The position numbers and the translations under genes are program-made. Shown here one piece after another: positions 30,869 through 40,979 of a DNA stretch of 64,000 bases; position 1 is the stretch's first letter; each line of letters starts with the position of its first letter. Under the pieces are notes generated by a model. That model ran no database searches and was not told where the DNA came from. It saw nothing but the letters and a program-made list of their open reading frames with translations. Source of the DNA: an uncultured Planctomycetota bacterium (lineage in GTDB: Bacteria > Planctomycetota > Planctomycetia > Isosphaerales > Isosphaeraceae); assembly GCA_963823665.1 (NCBI GenBank), contig CAWGMQ010000004.1, positions 1,536,001 to 1,600,000 of the forward strand, given 5' to 3'.

Positions 30869-33800
30869 TCAATGCGACGGCGTGATTGCCTTTCCATTCT
30901 TCGAGATGGCAAACACCGTGGTGCCGCTGATGGGAGCACCCGTGGCGCCCTTCACTCCGAGGCTTGAGTTGCTCACAATCGCCAGCCGGCCGCCGGTCGG
31001 GAAAGTCTGCGTGCCGATCAGCGTCAGGTCCACGGTGTCGGTCGCAGCGATGTACGAGACCCTGAAGTTTGTGATCGGATGAAGGATCGTCGTCGTCTTC
31101 CTTTTGACCTTCTTGATGGTGATGCTATCGAGCTGGTAATAGCCGGCCGTCGTCGCACTCACCTGATCGAGCGCGGCGTTGAATGTGAAGCTGAATCCGG
31201 TCAGCACCGCGGGGCCGACCGGTTTGCCCTTCTTCAACTTGCGCCCGAAGATCGCCTTCTCGCCAATGATCACCGGCGGTGGGGCCGGGTTTAGCACGGT
31301 GATTGTCGCCTGGGCGGACGTGGGAGTGGTCTGCACCAAGCCCAGATTGTTGGTGGCCACGCTGTAAAAGCCGTACGTGTGGCCGGGCTGGGCGGTAAAG
31401 GATGCCGAAGTCGCGGTCGTGTGGGTCAAGACCGGGCTGAATGATCCTCCATTCACGGACGCGAAGATCTCGTACGAAGTGATGCTCGTCGCTCCCACGC
31501 CCGGAGTGCCGCTCCAGCTCACGGTGAAGGTCGTCGACGTGGTGCTGGCGGGGAGCGGATTCACCGTGCTGGTCGGTGGACCGGCGAGCGTCGGCAAGCC
31601 CGCGATCGAACTGAAGTTGGTCACCATCAGGTTGGTGGCCTCCGTGCCGGTGGCACCCTTGCCCGAGGGCTGGACACCGAAGGCGAGCCCCGCGCAGCCC
31701 GCGTTGCCGGGACTCACGTCGCCCGGCAGCGTCGCATCGCCCGGGAGGCCTGTCGAGGGGATCGCGACTGTGGTTCCGTCTGCGCCGAAGATCTGAAGGA
31801 AACCGTCGAGCGCGACCTGAAGGCCGTTGCCTTGGAATGCGACTTCGAGCGTGTGGAATTTCGTCGAGTCAAACGACTGTGGCTGCGCCGTGGTGGCCGT
31901 GACGGTGTTGTTCCGCAGGTCCACGACCTGGATCACGCCGGTGTTCGTGAGGCGAACCCAGTAGCCGCCGCTGGGGTCGAACGGCTCGCCGCCGACGATT
32001 CCGTCGTTCGTGAATGCCGCACGGCTGCGGAAAAAGATCCCGGCGTCGGTGGTATCGTCTGCCGAGTCGGTGGGAACAAGCAAGTTCACCGTGATGTCGA
32101 GGTCCTGGCCGACGCTCGTGCCGCGGGTCGCGCCGGTGTTCGATGACGTGCTGAACTCCACACCACCGTAGTCCACGCTGCTGGGCCGCAGCGTGTCCGA
32201 TGAAATCACGGCACCGGCAAAGACCGGCACATAATAATAGGTGCCCGTGCCGCCCAGGGTATTGTCTGCCTGACCCAGGTTGTCTTGCGTCGCATCCGCC
32301 CGATCGAACGAGTCTGAAAAAAGCGTGTTGCTGCCGGAGGTGCTGACCGTGGCAGTGCCGGTGATGGTGGTCGTGCTGCCACCCTGGTCCGTGACCGCGA
32401 TGCTGATCGGGAAGCTGCCCGCTTTGGCATAGGTGTGCGACCCGCTCACCGTGTAGATGCCGCTGGCATAAGAAACTGTGCCGGACGAGGTGGGGCCGCC
32501 GTCACCCCAGGTGATCACGGCCGTGAAATCGCCGGCGTGGTTCCCGGGGTTTAAGTCGGTGAAGGTGGCCCCCGCCAGGATGCTGCTGCCGGCCACACCC
32601 GCTGATCCGCCGGCCTTGGCCGCGCTCGAGCCCGAGAGGGGCGCGTCGTCCACGCTGAAGGTGCTCGTGCCCGCGCTCGTCGACGCTCCGCCGGAGTCGT
32701 TCACCTGCACGCTGAATGTCTGGTCGCTCAGCTCCTCGGCGTAGGTGTACGAAAGCTCGACGTCGAAACCGCCGGCCGGGTTGGCCACGATCTTCCCACT
32801 GGCGCCCGCCGGCGGGGTGCCAACCACGCCGCTGCTATTGAGCGTCACGCTGTTGCCGTCGCCCAGGGTAACGATCGCCTGGTATTGACTGGCCGTGCCG
32901 CCGGGATCGGCGTCGGTGAAGTGGAAGACCGTTTGGTTGGTGAAAGCCTGGCCCTCGACAAGGGGGGGCGGAGTGAGCTGGGAGATCGTGCTGTTGCCGT
33001 TGTTGGCGACGTAAAGATTGCCCACCGGATCGAACGCCAGTCCAGCGTAGGTCCCGGCCGCGGCGCCATCGAGCGTGGCGAACGTGGTTTCGACCTTCGA
33101 AGGCGTCACCTTGGTGATATCGCTGGTGTCGCTGTTGAAGACATAGAAGTTGCCGTCGGGGCCGAAGACCAGGGAGGTGGGGCCGCTGATGGGCCCGCCG
33201 GTGACAAACGTGGTGACGTTCCCCGCGGGCGTCACCTCGTAAATCGTGTCGTTGTTTTCGCTGGCCACGTAGAGGTTCACGCCGTCGAAGGCCAGCGCAA
33301 TCGGGTAATCAAGCCCTTGGTTGTTACCGACGAAGGTGGTGACGGTCCCCCCTGGCGTCACCTTCATGATCATGTTGTCGTACTTATCGCAGACGTAGAG
33401 ATTGCCATCCGGGTCGAAGACCGGACCGTTGGGGTTGTTGATGCTTGCGAACGTGGTGACCACGCCCTGCGGCGTCACCTTGCTGATGTTCTCGCCATGG
33501 AAGTTGGCAACGTAGAGGTTGCCCGCGCTGTCGAAAGCCACGCCGTCCGGGGTGTTGAGTTGGCTGCTATTCACGTAGGTCGAGATGCCTCCCAAGGGCG
33601 TCACCAGCGAGATGGTGTTGCTGACGGCGTTGGGAACGTAGAGGTTGCCATTGTAGTAGGCCGGGTCCACGGGGGAGCTGAGCCCCTGGCCCGTGCCGAG
33701 TGGGACGACAGTAGGCATGCCCGTGCCGTGAGGCGGCGCCAGCCCGTCGGCAGTGAGGGGCGCGTCCACCGTGGCCGTGACCGTGAACGAGACGACCGGA

Positions 33801-36800
33801 GACACGGTCGCATTGCCCGCCTTGTCGGTGGCGATCGCGGCGGCCCCGTAGTTGCCGTCGGCGAGCGGCGTTGTGAAGGTGAACATGAACGGCGCGGTGG
33901 TCTGGGCCGGGCCGGCGTCGTTCCAGGTCGTGCCTCCGTTGCTAGTGTATTCAAACTGGACCGAGGCCAGGCCGCTGCCGCCGGTGTTATCGGAAGCGGT
34001 GGCCGAGAGTGTCGGCGTGGTGTTGCTCGTGATCGTGCCGTCCGCCGGGGCCGTCATTGTGACGGTCGGAGGCACGGTGTCGATCGTGAAGGAAACGGCC
34101 GACGTGGTCGCGGTGTTGCCGGAATTGTCGGTGGCGACGGTGCGCACCTGGTAGTTGCCGTCGGGCAAGGCCGTCGCGAAGGTGAAACTGAACGGCGCGG
34201 TGGTTTGGGCCGCTCCGGCATTGATCCAAGTGCTGCCGCCGTTGTTGCTGTACTCGAACTGGACGTTCTTCAGGCCGCTGCCGCCGGTCTCGGAAGCGGT
34301 GGCGGAGAGCATCGGCTTGTTGACATTCGTGGCGCCTGAGGGGGCGGTGATCTCGACGTTCAGGGTGCCGTTGCCTATCGTGAACGACACAGTCGGCGAA
34401 GTCGCGCTGTTGCCGGCCTTGTCGGTGGCGTCGGCCCGGGCCTCGTACGTGCCCAGGGCCAGCGCGGTCGTGAACGTGAAGCTGAACGGTGCGGTGGTCT
34501 GGGCAGTTCCGACGTTGGTCCAGGTGCTGCCGCTGTTGCTGCTGTACTGGAACTGCACACCGGCCAGGCCGCTGCCGCCGGTGTTGTCGGAGGCAGTGGC
34601 CGAGAGCGTGGGCGTGGTGTTGCTGGTGAAGGTGCCGTTGGCCGGGGCCGTCATCGTGACGGTGGGCGCCACGGTGTCGATCAAAAACGAAACGGCTGGC
34701 GAGGTATCGGTGTTACCGGCGTTGTCGGTGGCGATCGCGCGAGCCTGGTAGCTGCCGTCGGCAAGCGCGGTCGTGAATGTGAAGCTGAACGGTGCGGCGG
34801 TCAGGGCATTTCCGGCGTTGTTCCAGGTGCTGCCGGCGTTCGCGCTGTACTGGAACTGGACATTCTTCAGACCGGTGCCGCCAATTTCTGAGGCGTTGGC
34901 CGAGAGCTTCGGCTTGTTGTTGTTTGTGCTGCTGCCGTTAGCCGGCGCCGTCATCGCCACGGTCGGCGCCGCATTGCCGATCGTGAAGGAAACCGCCGAC
35001 GAGGTGGCGACGTTGCCGGCGTTGTCGGTTGCGACGGCGCGCGCCTGGTAGTCGCCATCGGCCAGCGCCGTCGTGAACGTGTAATTGAATGGCGCGGCGG
35101 TGAGGGGAGAGCCCACGTCAGTCCAGGTCGAGCCCGCGTTACTCGAGTACTCGAACTGGACAGTGGCAAGCCCGCTGCCGCCCGTGTTGTCGGAGGCCGT
35201 GGCCGAGAGCGTGGGCATGTCGTCCGTGGTCTCGCTGCCATCCTCCGGGGCCGTCATGTCGACGGTCGGCGCAACCGTGTCGATCGTGAAGGAAACGGCG
35301 GACGAGGTGGCGCTGTTGCCGTCGTTGTCGGTGGCGATGGCTTGGGCCTGGTACGTGCCGTCGGCCAGCGCCGTCGTGAAGGTGAACGTATACGGTGCCG
35401 CGGTCAGAGTCGCGGCGCCGGTCCAGGTGCTGCCGCCGTCGGTGCTGTACTCGAGCAGGACTTTCGCGATGCCGCTGCCGCTGTTGTCCGTGGCCGTGGC
35501 GGAGAGAGTTGGCTTGTTGTCATTCGTGTACGAGTCATTGGCCGGGGCCGTCAAGGCAACGGTCGGGGCCATCGTGTTGATCGTGAACGAGACCACTGCC
35601 GAGGTCGCGCTGTTGCCGGCGTTGTCCGTGGCGATTGCACGGCCCTGGTAATTACCAGCGGCGAGCGCCGTCGTGAAGGTGAAGGAAAACGGAGCTGCCG
35701 TGAGTGCCGGCCCGGCATCATTCCACGTGCTGCCCGAGTCGCTGCTGTATTCAAGCTGCACCGTCGCCAGCCCGCTGCCGCCCGAGTTATCCGAAGCCGT
35801 GGCCGAAAGTGTCGGCTTGGTGTTGCTCGAGGCGCTTCCGTTGGCCGGCGAGGTCATCTGAACGGTCGGGGCCACGGTGTCAATCGTGAACGTCACCGCC
35901 GCCGAAGTTGCATCGTTACCGTCGTTGTCGGTCGCGACGGCTCGTGCCTGGTAAGACCCGTCCGCAAGCGCCGTCGTGAACGTGTAGCTGTAGGGCGCGG
36001 AAGTCACGTCCGAGCCGGCATCGTTCCAGGTGGTGCCGCCGTCGCCGCTGAGCTCGAACTGCACGCTGTCGATCCCGCTGCCGCTGTTGTCCGTGGCCGT
36101 GGCCGAGAGCGTCGGCTTGTTGTTGTCAAGCGCGGCGCCGCCGGCTGGTGCCGTCATCACGACAGTGGGCGCGACCCCGGTTGACTTGTCCGCGTCGAGA
36201 TCGATCTCGTAGTACTCGCCAAGTGCGTCCGACTCGGTGGCAATGTAAGTCACGTCGCCGTCGAACAAGGACGAGGCATCGATACCGGTGACCGACCATG
36301 TGCCGTCGGGGCCAACCACCGCGGGGGCGTCGGCGGTCGTTTCGAATAAGCCGTCGGTGATGTTGACCACAATGTCGTCACCGGGAACTCCCGTGCCCCT
36401 GACGGTGACATTGAACTGGTTGGCGACAGTGATATCCGGCGCGTCGGTGAAGGCCAGCGCAAGCTGCGACGTGTCCTTGTTCGCATTCTGCGGGAGCATG
36501 GTGACGTTGCCTGCCGAATCGGTCTGCGTGACCTGATATGTGACGATTCCGTCCGAGAGCGGGGCGGCGTCAATCCCGGTCACCGACCAGGTGCCGTTCA
36601 CGACCTTCGCCGGCGCAACGGCCGTCGTCGTCACGCCGTCGGTGATCGTGACCGCGATATTGTCGCCGTTACCCCCCGTGCCGGTCACGGTGACGTTGCC
36701 CTTGTTCTCATCGTTGATGTTCGGTGCGCTCGTGAAACCGAGAACACCCGTCGTCTTGGTCGCGAACTGGGTGATGTTGGTCAGCATGCTCCCGTCCGGC

Positions 36801-39358
36801 GAATACTCGTAGACGAGATAGGTAATCCGGCCGTCCAATAGCGATGAGGCGTCCAGGCCGCTGACCGACCAGGTGCCGTCGGCGTTGGTGGGGGGGGTGA
36901 AGTGCCCCGTCACCGTGTCGGCACCGCTGCTGATTTGTCCCAGAGTCACGGTGCCGTCGGTGATGAGAACAGTAATCGGATCGGCGTAGTACGGGTCGGC
37001 GGTGATCGCCTCGGTGCCGCTGACGGTGATGTTCTTCACGTTGGTGGCGTTGATGTCAGGCGCGGTGGTGAATGCCAGCGGCGGTCCCTTGACCGATGGC
37101 CAGGCCGACAGCCCGCCAATCACGGTGCCGGCGGCGTTCTTTTCGGTGATGTCCCAGTAAATCCAGCCGTCAGCGAGCCCGGAGGCGTTGAGGCTGGGCA
37201 CGAACCAGGTGCCATCGCTTACAGTCACGGGCGCGGCGCTGGCATAGTCATAGGGAGGCCCATTGGAGTCGTTAACGCTCACCGTGATCGTGTCCCCGTC
37301 GTGGATTCCTGTGCCTGTCAGGATTACGTTGCTGGCGTTGGCGTCGGAGATGTTCTGGTCGCAGGTGAACGTGACGTATCGAGCGCTGGTCACTGTCACG
37401 GTATCGGTGGCGGTGTTGTTGGTGTAATCTTCGGCGACCATGCCGTCGGGATCGACTTTCGCCATGCCGTCCGGGCGCGGGTTCACATCAACCGCGGTCG
37501 CCGTCGGCGTCGCCTTGAACACGATCTGGAAGCTCCCTCCCCCAGGGATGGTGACGTCGCCGTTGGCCGTAACGGTTAAATCATCAGTAGGGTTGTTGAT
37601 GGCAGCAACGGGCGTTCCAGTTACCCCGCCCATATAGTTGGTCACGTTGAGCGCGGTGTACCCGATCGCGGTGTTGGGCAGGTTGTCGACCACAATCCGC
37701 TGATTGTTGTGGAAAACAGCGGGTGCCATGCCTGTGTTGCTGACGGTAAGCGTCCAGGTCCAGCTCATGTTGAGCGCCGCGGTGTTGCTGACGTCGTCGG
37801 TGATAGAGAGCTTCAAGTCGGCGAGATTCGCGGCCGGGGTCAAGGTGTACCCGATCACGTCGAGCGCCGTGAGCTCCGCGCTGTCGAGCTCTGGCTCGAT
37901 CGGTACTTCGGAAACTGCATCCTGAATCTGAACGAGCGCCCGGCCGTCTGGGCTGGCCCAATCAGCGAAATCGTTTCCCGGTACGTTGTTGAAGTGTTCG
38001 CCTCCCACAATATGCGCGCCTCCATCGATCGAAAAGACGGCATCTGTTGAACTGGCACGGTTGTAGCTGCGCACGCCGGCGACCGCCCCTTGGGGCGCCG
38101 TATAGCGAAAGAGGTCGAGCGGTCCTATATCTGTGGGAGCGGGCGCGCTAAGCTGGTCTTCTGCAGTATCAAGCGAAGACCCGTCACCACCAGCGCCGAG
38201 CGCCTCGCACAGCTCATGAAGAACGGTCCCCAGCAGGTCCTCAGCGGTGCTGTCTGCGGCAGTGGGACGAGTGACATTGATGTTCGAAAAATTGAGCGAG
38301 ATCGTGGAAGTCGGCGCCGGGGCTGCGATGCCCAGGTCTGTCGCCAGGGCATTCGTGATGGTGATCTGGCCCCCACCGGGCGAGGCGACGTTCACAACCG
38401 GCAAATTTTTCGGGTCGTTGCTGTAAAGAGTCCCCTCATTGGTCATCCGAAAGCCCGTGACGACGTCAGTAACCGGGTCCACAATGGCTGTGGCCGTGGC
38501 CTGGACGCCGCCGCCAGGGGAAGGGGAGATGAAGACCTGCGGTGGATGATCGGGATCGGGATCGTACCCCATCCCGCCCCCGCCCGCCGTGACGTTTATC
38601 AAAGTGACGGCGCCACCGACCACCACGGCCGTCGCTTGGGCGTCAACGCCCCCCAGCGGAGCTGGTAAAATCGCGCCTTGCGGAAGATTCAGCATCGCGG
38701 TGTCGTCGGCGGCGCTTGGGCTCAGTTGGGCACCCAGTTTCTGCAGATAGGTCTGGTAAGGGACGTCGACTGTCGGAGTAACGCTCGCGCCGAGCCCCGA
38801 GAGCACAGCTTGCGCCGAGGCTGGATTTCCGGCTGGTGGGAGAGCGATTTTAACATTCGGAATGGTTGTGTAACCGCTGCCAGGCGTGTCGCCGGGCCCC
38901 TTAAAGTTAAAGTCGGTGATCACACCGTTCGTGATGACCGCCGTGGCGACGGCCGTCGTTCCCCCGCCGACGGGCGGGTCGATCGTGACCAGCGGCGGGT
39001 TATCGGGGTCGTAGCCGGTGCCTCCATTTTTTATCACGAGGGTCTGAATGCTGCTCTGCATGACATTGAAGGTCACGTTCAGCGTCACAGGGTTGGTCGT
39101 GATCAGGAACCCTTCGAGAATCCGAACCGCCGAGTCGATGGTGTCGACGACCGCCTGACGGTTCGGCAGGGTCGCAGGAAGGTTGTCCGTATTCGCGTTG
39201 ATCGTCAGCGAGGCTGGAACCGCACGATCCTCAAGCATCTCGATCGCCAGCCGGCGGCGAGCCGATTTCTGACGATCGGCCGCCAAACCTCGCCGTCGTG
39301 TTGGAAACGACGGAAATCTCGAGTTCAATCGACCGGGCGAAGACATGCGAAACTGCAT
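30869..39358 (-). CDS. Giant surface protein copy A (same architecture, intact frame)
   Basis: Open frame of about 2830 aa; IEMLEDRAVPA; HELCEALG...LDLFRY...FSIDGG; PTV.MTAPA Ig repeats; P.G.AFD..GNLYV NHL repeats. Confidence 0.9.
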   Translation of the reverse strand: MQFRMSSPGRLNSRFPSFPTRRRGLAADRQKSARRRLAIEMLEDRAVPASLTINANTDNLPATLPNRQAVVDTIDSAVRILEGFLITTNPVTLNVTFNVMQSSIQTLVIKNGGTGYDPDNPPLVTIDPPVGGGTTAVATAVITNGVITDFNFKGPGDTPGSGYTTIPNVKIALPPAGNPASAQAVLSGLGASVTPTVDVPYQTYLQKLGAQLSPSAADDTAMLNLPQGAILPAPLGGVDAQATAVVVGGAVTLINVTAGGGGMGYDPDPDHPPQVFISPSPGGGVQATATAIVDPVTDVVTGFRMTNEGTLYSNDPKNLPVVNVASPGGGQITITNALATDLGIAAPAPTSTISLNFSNINVTRPTAADSTAEDLLGTVLHELCEALGAGGDGSSLDTAEDQLSAPAPTDIGPLDLFRYTAPQGAVAGVRSYNRASSTDAVFSIDGGAHIVGGEHFNNVPGNDFADWASPDGRALVQIQDAVSEVPIEPELDSAELTALDVIGYTLTPAANLADLKLSITDDVSNTAALNMSWTWTLTVSNTGMAPAVFHNNQRIVVDNLPNTAIGYTALNVTNYMGGVTGTPVAAINNPTDDLTVTANGDVTIPGGGSFQIVFKATPTATAVDVNPRPDGMAKVDPDGMVAEDYTNNTATDTVTVTSARYVTFTCDQNISDANASNVILTGTGIHDGDTITVSVNDSNGPPYDYASAAPVTVSDGTWFVPSLNASGLADGWIYWDITEKNAAGTVIGGLSAWPSVKGPPLAFTTAPDINATNVKNITVSGTEAITADPYYADPITVLITDGTVTLGQISSGADTVTGHFTPPTNADGTWSVSGLDASSLLDGRITYLVYEYSPDGSMLTNITQFATKTTGVLGFTSAPNINDENKGNVTVTGTGGNGDNIAVTITDGVTTTAVAPAKVVNGTWSVTGIDAAPLSDGIVTYQVTQTDSAGNVTMLPQNANKDTSQLALAFTDAPDITVANQFNVTVRGTGVPGDDIVVNITDGLFETTADAPAVVGPDGTWSVTGIDASSLFDGDVTYIATESDALGEYYEIDLDADKSTGVAPTVVMTAPAGGAALDNNKPTLSATATDNSGSGIDSVQFELSGDGGTTWNDAGSDVTSAPYSYTFTTALADGSYQARAVATDNDGNDATSAAVTFTIDTVAPTVQMTSPANGSASSNTKPTLSATASDNSGGSGLATVQLEYSSDSGSTWNDAGPALTAAPFSFTFTTALAAGNYQGRAIATDNAGNSATSAVVSFTINTMAPTVALTAPANDSYTNDNKPTLSATATDNSGSGIAKVLLEYSTDGGSTWTGAATLTAAPYTFTFTTALADGTYQAQAIATDNDGNSATSSAVSFTIDTVAPTVDMTAPEDGSETTDDMPTLSATASDNTGGSGLATVQFEYSSNAGSTWTDVGSPLTAAPFNYTFTTALADGDYQARAVATDNAGNVATSSAVSFTIGNAAPTVAMTAPANGSSTNNNKPKLSANASEIGGTGLKNVQFQYSANAGSTWNNAGNALTAAPFSFTFTTALADGSYQARAIATDNAGNTDTSPAVSFLIDTVAPTVTMTAPANGTFTSNTTPTLSATASDNTGGSGLAGVQFQYSSNSGSTWTNVGTAQTTAPFSFTFTTALALGTYEARADATDKAGNSATSPTVSFTIGNGTLNVEITAPSGATNVNKPMLSATASETGGSGLKNVQFEYSNNGGSTWINAGAAQTTAPFSFTFATALPDGNYQVRTVATDNSGNTATTSAVSFTIDTVPPTVTMTAPADGTITSNTTPTLSATASDNTGGSGLASVQFEYTSNGGTTWNDAGPAQTTAPFMFTFTTPLADGNYGAAAIATDKAGNATVSPVVSFTVTATVDAPLTADGLAPPHGTGMPTVVPLGTGQGLSSPVDPAYYNGNLYVPNAVSNTISLVTPLGGISTYVNSSQLNTPDGVAFDSAGNLYVANFHGENISKVTPQGVVTTFASINNPNGPVFDPDGNLYVCDKYDNMIMKVTPGGTVTTFVGNNQGLDYPIALAFDGVNLYVASENNDTIYEVTPAGNVTTFVTGGPISGPTSLVFGPDGNFYVFNSDTSDITKVTPSKVETTFATLDGAAAGTYAGLAFDPVGNLYVANNGNSTISQLTPPPLVEGQAFTNQTVFHFTDADPGGTASQYQAIVTLGDGNSVTLNSSGVVGTPPAGASGKIVANPAGGFDVELSYTYAEELSDQTFSVQVNDSGGASTSAGTSTFSVDDAPLSGSSAAKAGGSAGVAGSSILAGATFTDLNPGNHAGDFTAVITWGDGGPTSSGTVSYASGIYTVSGSHTYAKAGSFPISIAVTDQGGSTTTITGTATVSTSGSNTLFSDSFDRADATQDNLGQADNTLGGTGTYYYVPVFAGAVISSDTLRPSSVDYGGVEFSTSSNTGATRGTSVGQDLDITVNLLVPTDSADDTTDAGIFFRSRAAFTNDGIVGGEPFDPSGGYWVRLTNTGVIQVVDLRNNTVTATTAQPQSFDSTKFHTLEVAFQGNGLQVALDGFLQIFGADGTTVAIPSTGLPGDATLPGDVSPGNAGCAGLAFGVQPSGKGATGTEATNLMVTNFSSIAGLPTLAGPPTSTVNPLPASTTSTTFTVSWSGTPGVGATSITSYEIFASVNGGSFSPVLTHTTATSASFTAQPGHTYGFYSVATNNLGLVQTTPTSAQATITVLNPAPPPVIIGEKAIFGRKLKKGKPVGPAVLTGFSFTFNAALDQVSATTAGYYQLDSITIKKVKRKTTTILHPITNFRVSYIAATDTVDLTLIGTQTFPTGGRLAIVSNSSLGVKGATGAPISGTTVFAISKNGKAITPSH

Positions 39359-39612
39359 CGTTGTAATCTCCGAGTTGCGGCCTGGCATTCGTCTACTGCT
39401 CCAGGCTCCAAAAGATCGCGAAATCGGACACCGCCGGACATTTTTTCTGATCGGCGCCGATCACTGGATTTGCGCCGGCGACACAAAGTCATTGGCAATA
39501 AAGAGATAGCCAGTCTGAATGGTCGACCAATGCACGCCCCCGAACGTCGAGCGTTCGCCTCACGCCGCGGCACGCAGACGGATCACTCAGGCCGTTGTGT
39601 CGGTGGTTGCAT

Positions 39613-39750
39613 TCAAGAGTGCGACGGCACGGTCGCGTTGCCGTGCTTCCGATCCGCGAACACCTTCGTCACGCCGCTGGGTGCACCCGCCGCCCCGCTA
39701 ACTCCGCGCAGTGAGCCACGCATGATTGTAAGCTGCTCGCCGGTCGGTTG
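39613..39750 (-). pseudogene. 3' remnant of a third member of the giant surface-protein family
   Basis: Translates to PTGEQLTIMRGSLRGVSGAAGAPSGVTKVFADRKHGNATVPSHS*, versus PTGGRLAIVSNSSLGVKGATGAPISGTTVFAISKNGKAITPSH* in copy A. Confidence 0.8.
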
Positions 39751-39845
39751 CAACAGCTTGCGGTACACGGCGCACCGCTGGTTCCGTCCCCTCTTTGCTT
39801 TTTGCCGTGTCGGCTATGTTCTTACGGTTGCCAGCCGGTAAACCC

Positions 39846-40389
39846 TCAGTCTGGCCCTGGCAAGAGTTTATCCAAGAGTAAAGCTTTGTGTTGCATGCGT
39901 AGCATGCCGCCTCGGACGTCCATTTGTCACAGCACGGCCATCATTGCGATTTCCAGGATTAGTAAGTTCAAACCCAATTGTCCAACCATCAAAGTAACTC
40001 TCTGCTCCCTTCGAGTAACCTATTGCCCTGCTCCTGATAGTATTAAATCGTCTATCAATCCAAGTATCTCGCTCTGTCCATTCTATACTTTCCGGGGTCA
40101 GCTTGCCAGGGTCATCAGGCTTAAAATCCGTATATCCGTTGTCGTGAACGAATTTTTCTGCGATTGCTATGGCTTGAGTGACGTCGATGGTCCCCGGCAC
40201 TAGCTCCTTGTTCTGATTTGTAACGTCGTCGGACTTGGGTGCCGGTATTTCATTCTGGGCGAGTTCGGAAATCGGTTCACCCTGTCGGACTTTGGGGGCG
40301 TCCACTTTCTGTTGCCTCTGAGATTTCTCGGCCTTGGAACAACCCACTAAGATCCCCAACAAAATGATATACATAATAACGTTTTTCAT
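39846..40389 (-). CDS. Low-GC lipoprotein, candidate immunity protein (probable frameshift near 39923)
   Basis: Lipobox MKNVIMYIILLGILVGC; removing one A after GRAVT gives MDVRGGMLRMQHKALLLDKLLPGPD*; AT-richer than its flanks. Confidence 0.62.
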
Positions 40390-40390
40390 G

Positions 40391-40679
40391 TTATGGTGGT
40401 TCTTGAGGAGGTTTAGGGGGCCCACAGGAGGGTCAATTTTATTTAACCGCGTCGGGTCGGTGGGATCGCTTGGGATAACTACTGGAATTTCAATAACATC
40501 TTGCCCCCTCAGCTTCGCGACCTTGCCCGCCTTGGGATCATAGCTAAGAAATGATCCGTTAGGAGTTGTAACATAAGCAAATTTCCCGGAATTCATACCC
40601 CTCGCTTATCGGCGGATGAGAATACATTGCCTCCGCTAGTATACTTGGGATCGTAGTTTCCGTGCGAGTGGGAACCCAG
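40391..40679 (-). pseudogene. Orphan polymorphic-toxin C-terminal tip, JAB/DUF4329-like
   Basis: HSHGNYDPKYTSGGNVFSSADK, then a frameshift, then GKFAYVTTPNGSFLSYDP...PSDPTDPTRLN; no N-terminus. Confidence 0.68.
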
Positions 40680-40979
40680 TCACCCACCCTCTGCAGTCGA
40701 CAGTCGGTCCCGGGGAAAGTCATACACACGTGGCTGGAACCGGTTCGCGTCCCGCGATCGCTGGATGCCTCGCGGCCGACGCCGCGCACAGCACGCGCTT
40801 TGTCACGCACGGTCAGCAACCGGGTGCGCTCGGCTACGTCGCCGGCGTTTGCACGCATCGGTTGCTGCGAACCGCTCGATATCGACGGCCATGCTTCGTC
40901 GCTTGCCGCGCCGGTGAAGGAAACGACGCGGTCCGGCCTCAAATCCAATCGAAGTCCGCGTCCGCCGCTGCGACCGAGG

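Noticed and set aside
22331..35300. Duplicated 3' block as a diversity-generating retroelement TR/VR pair
   Set aside because: The repeat is 4.4 kb, the differences are not adenine-specific, and no reverse transcriptase is present in the window.
39868..40596. 242-aa ORF as a single genuine protein
   Set aside because: An internal lipoprotein signal at residue 70 and a near-frame stop just before it indicate two genes fused by an indel.
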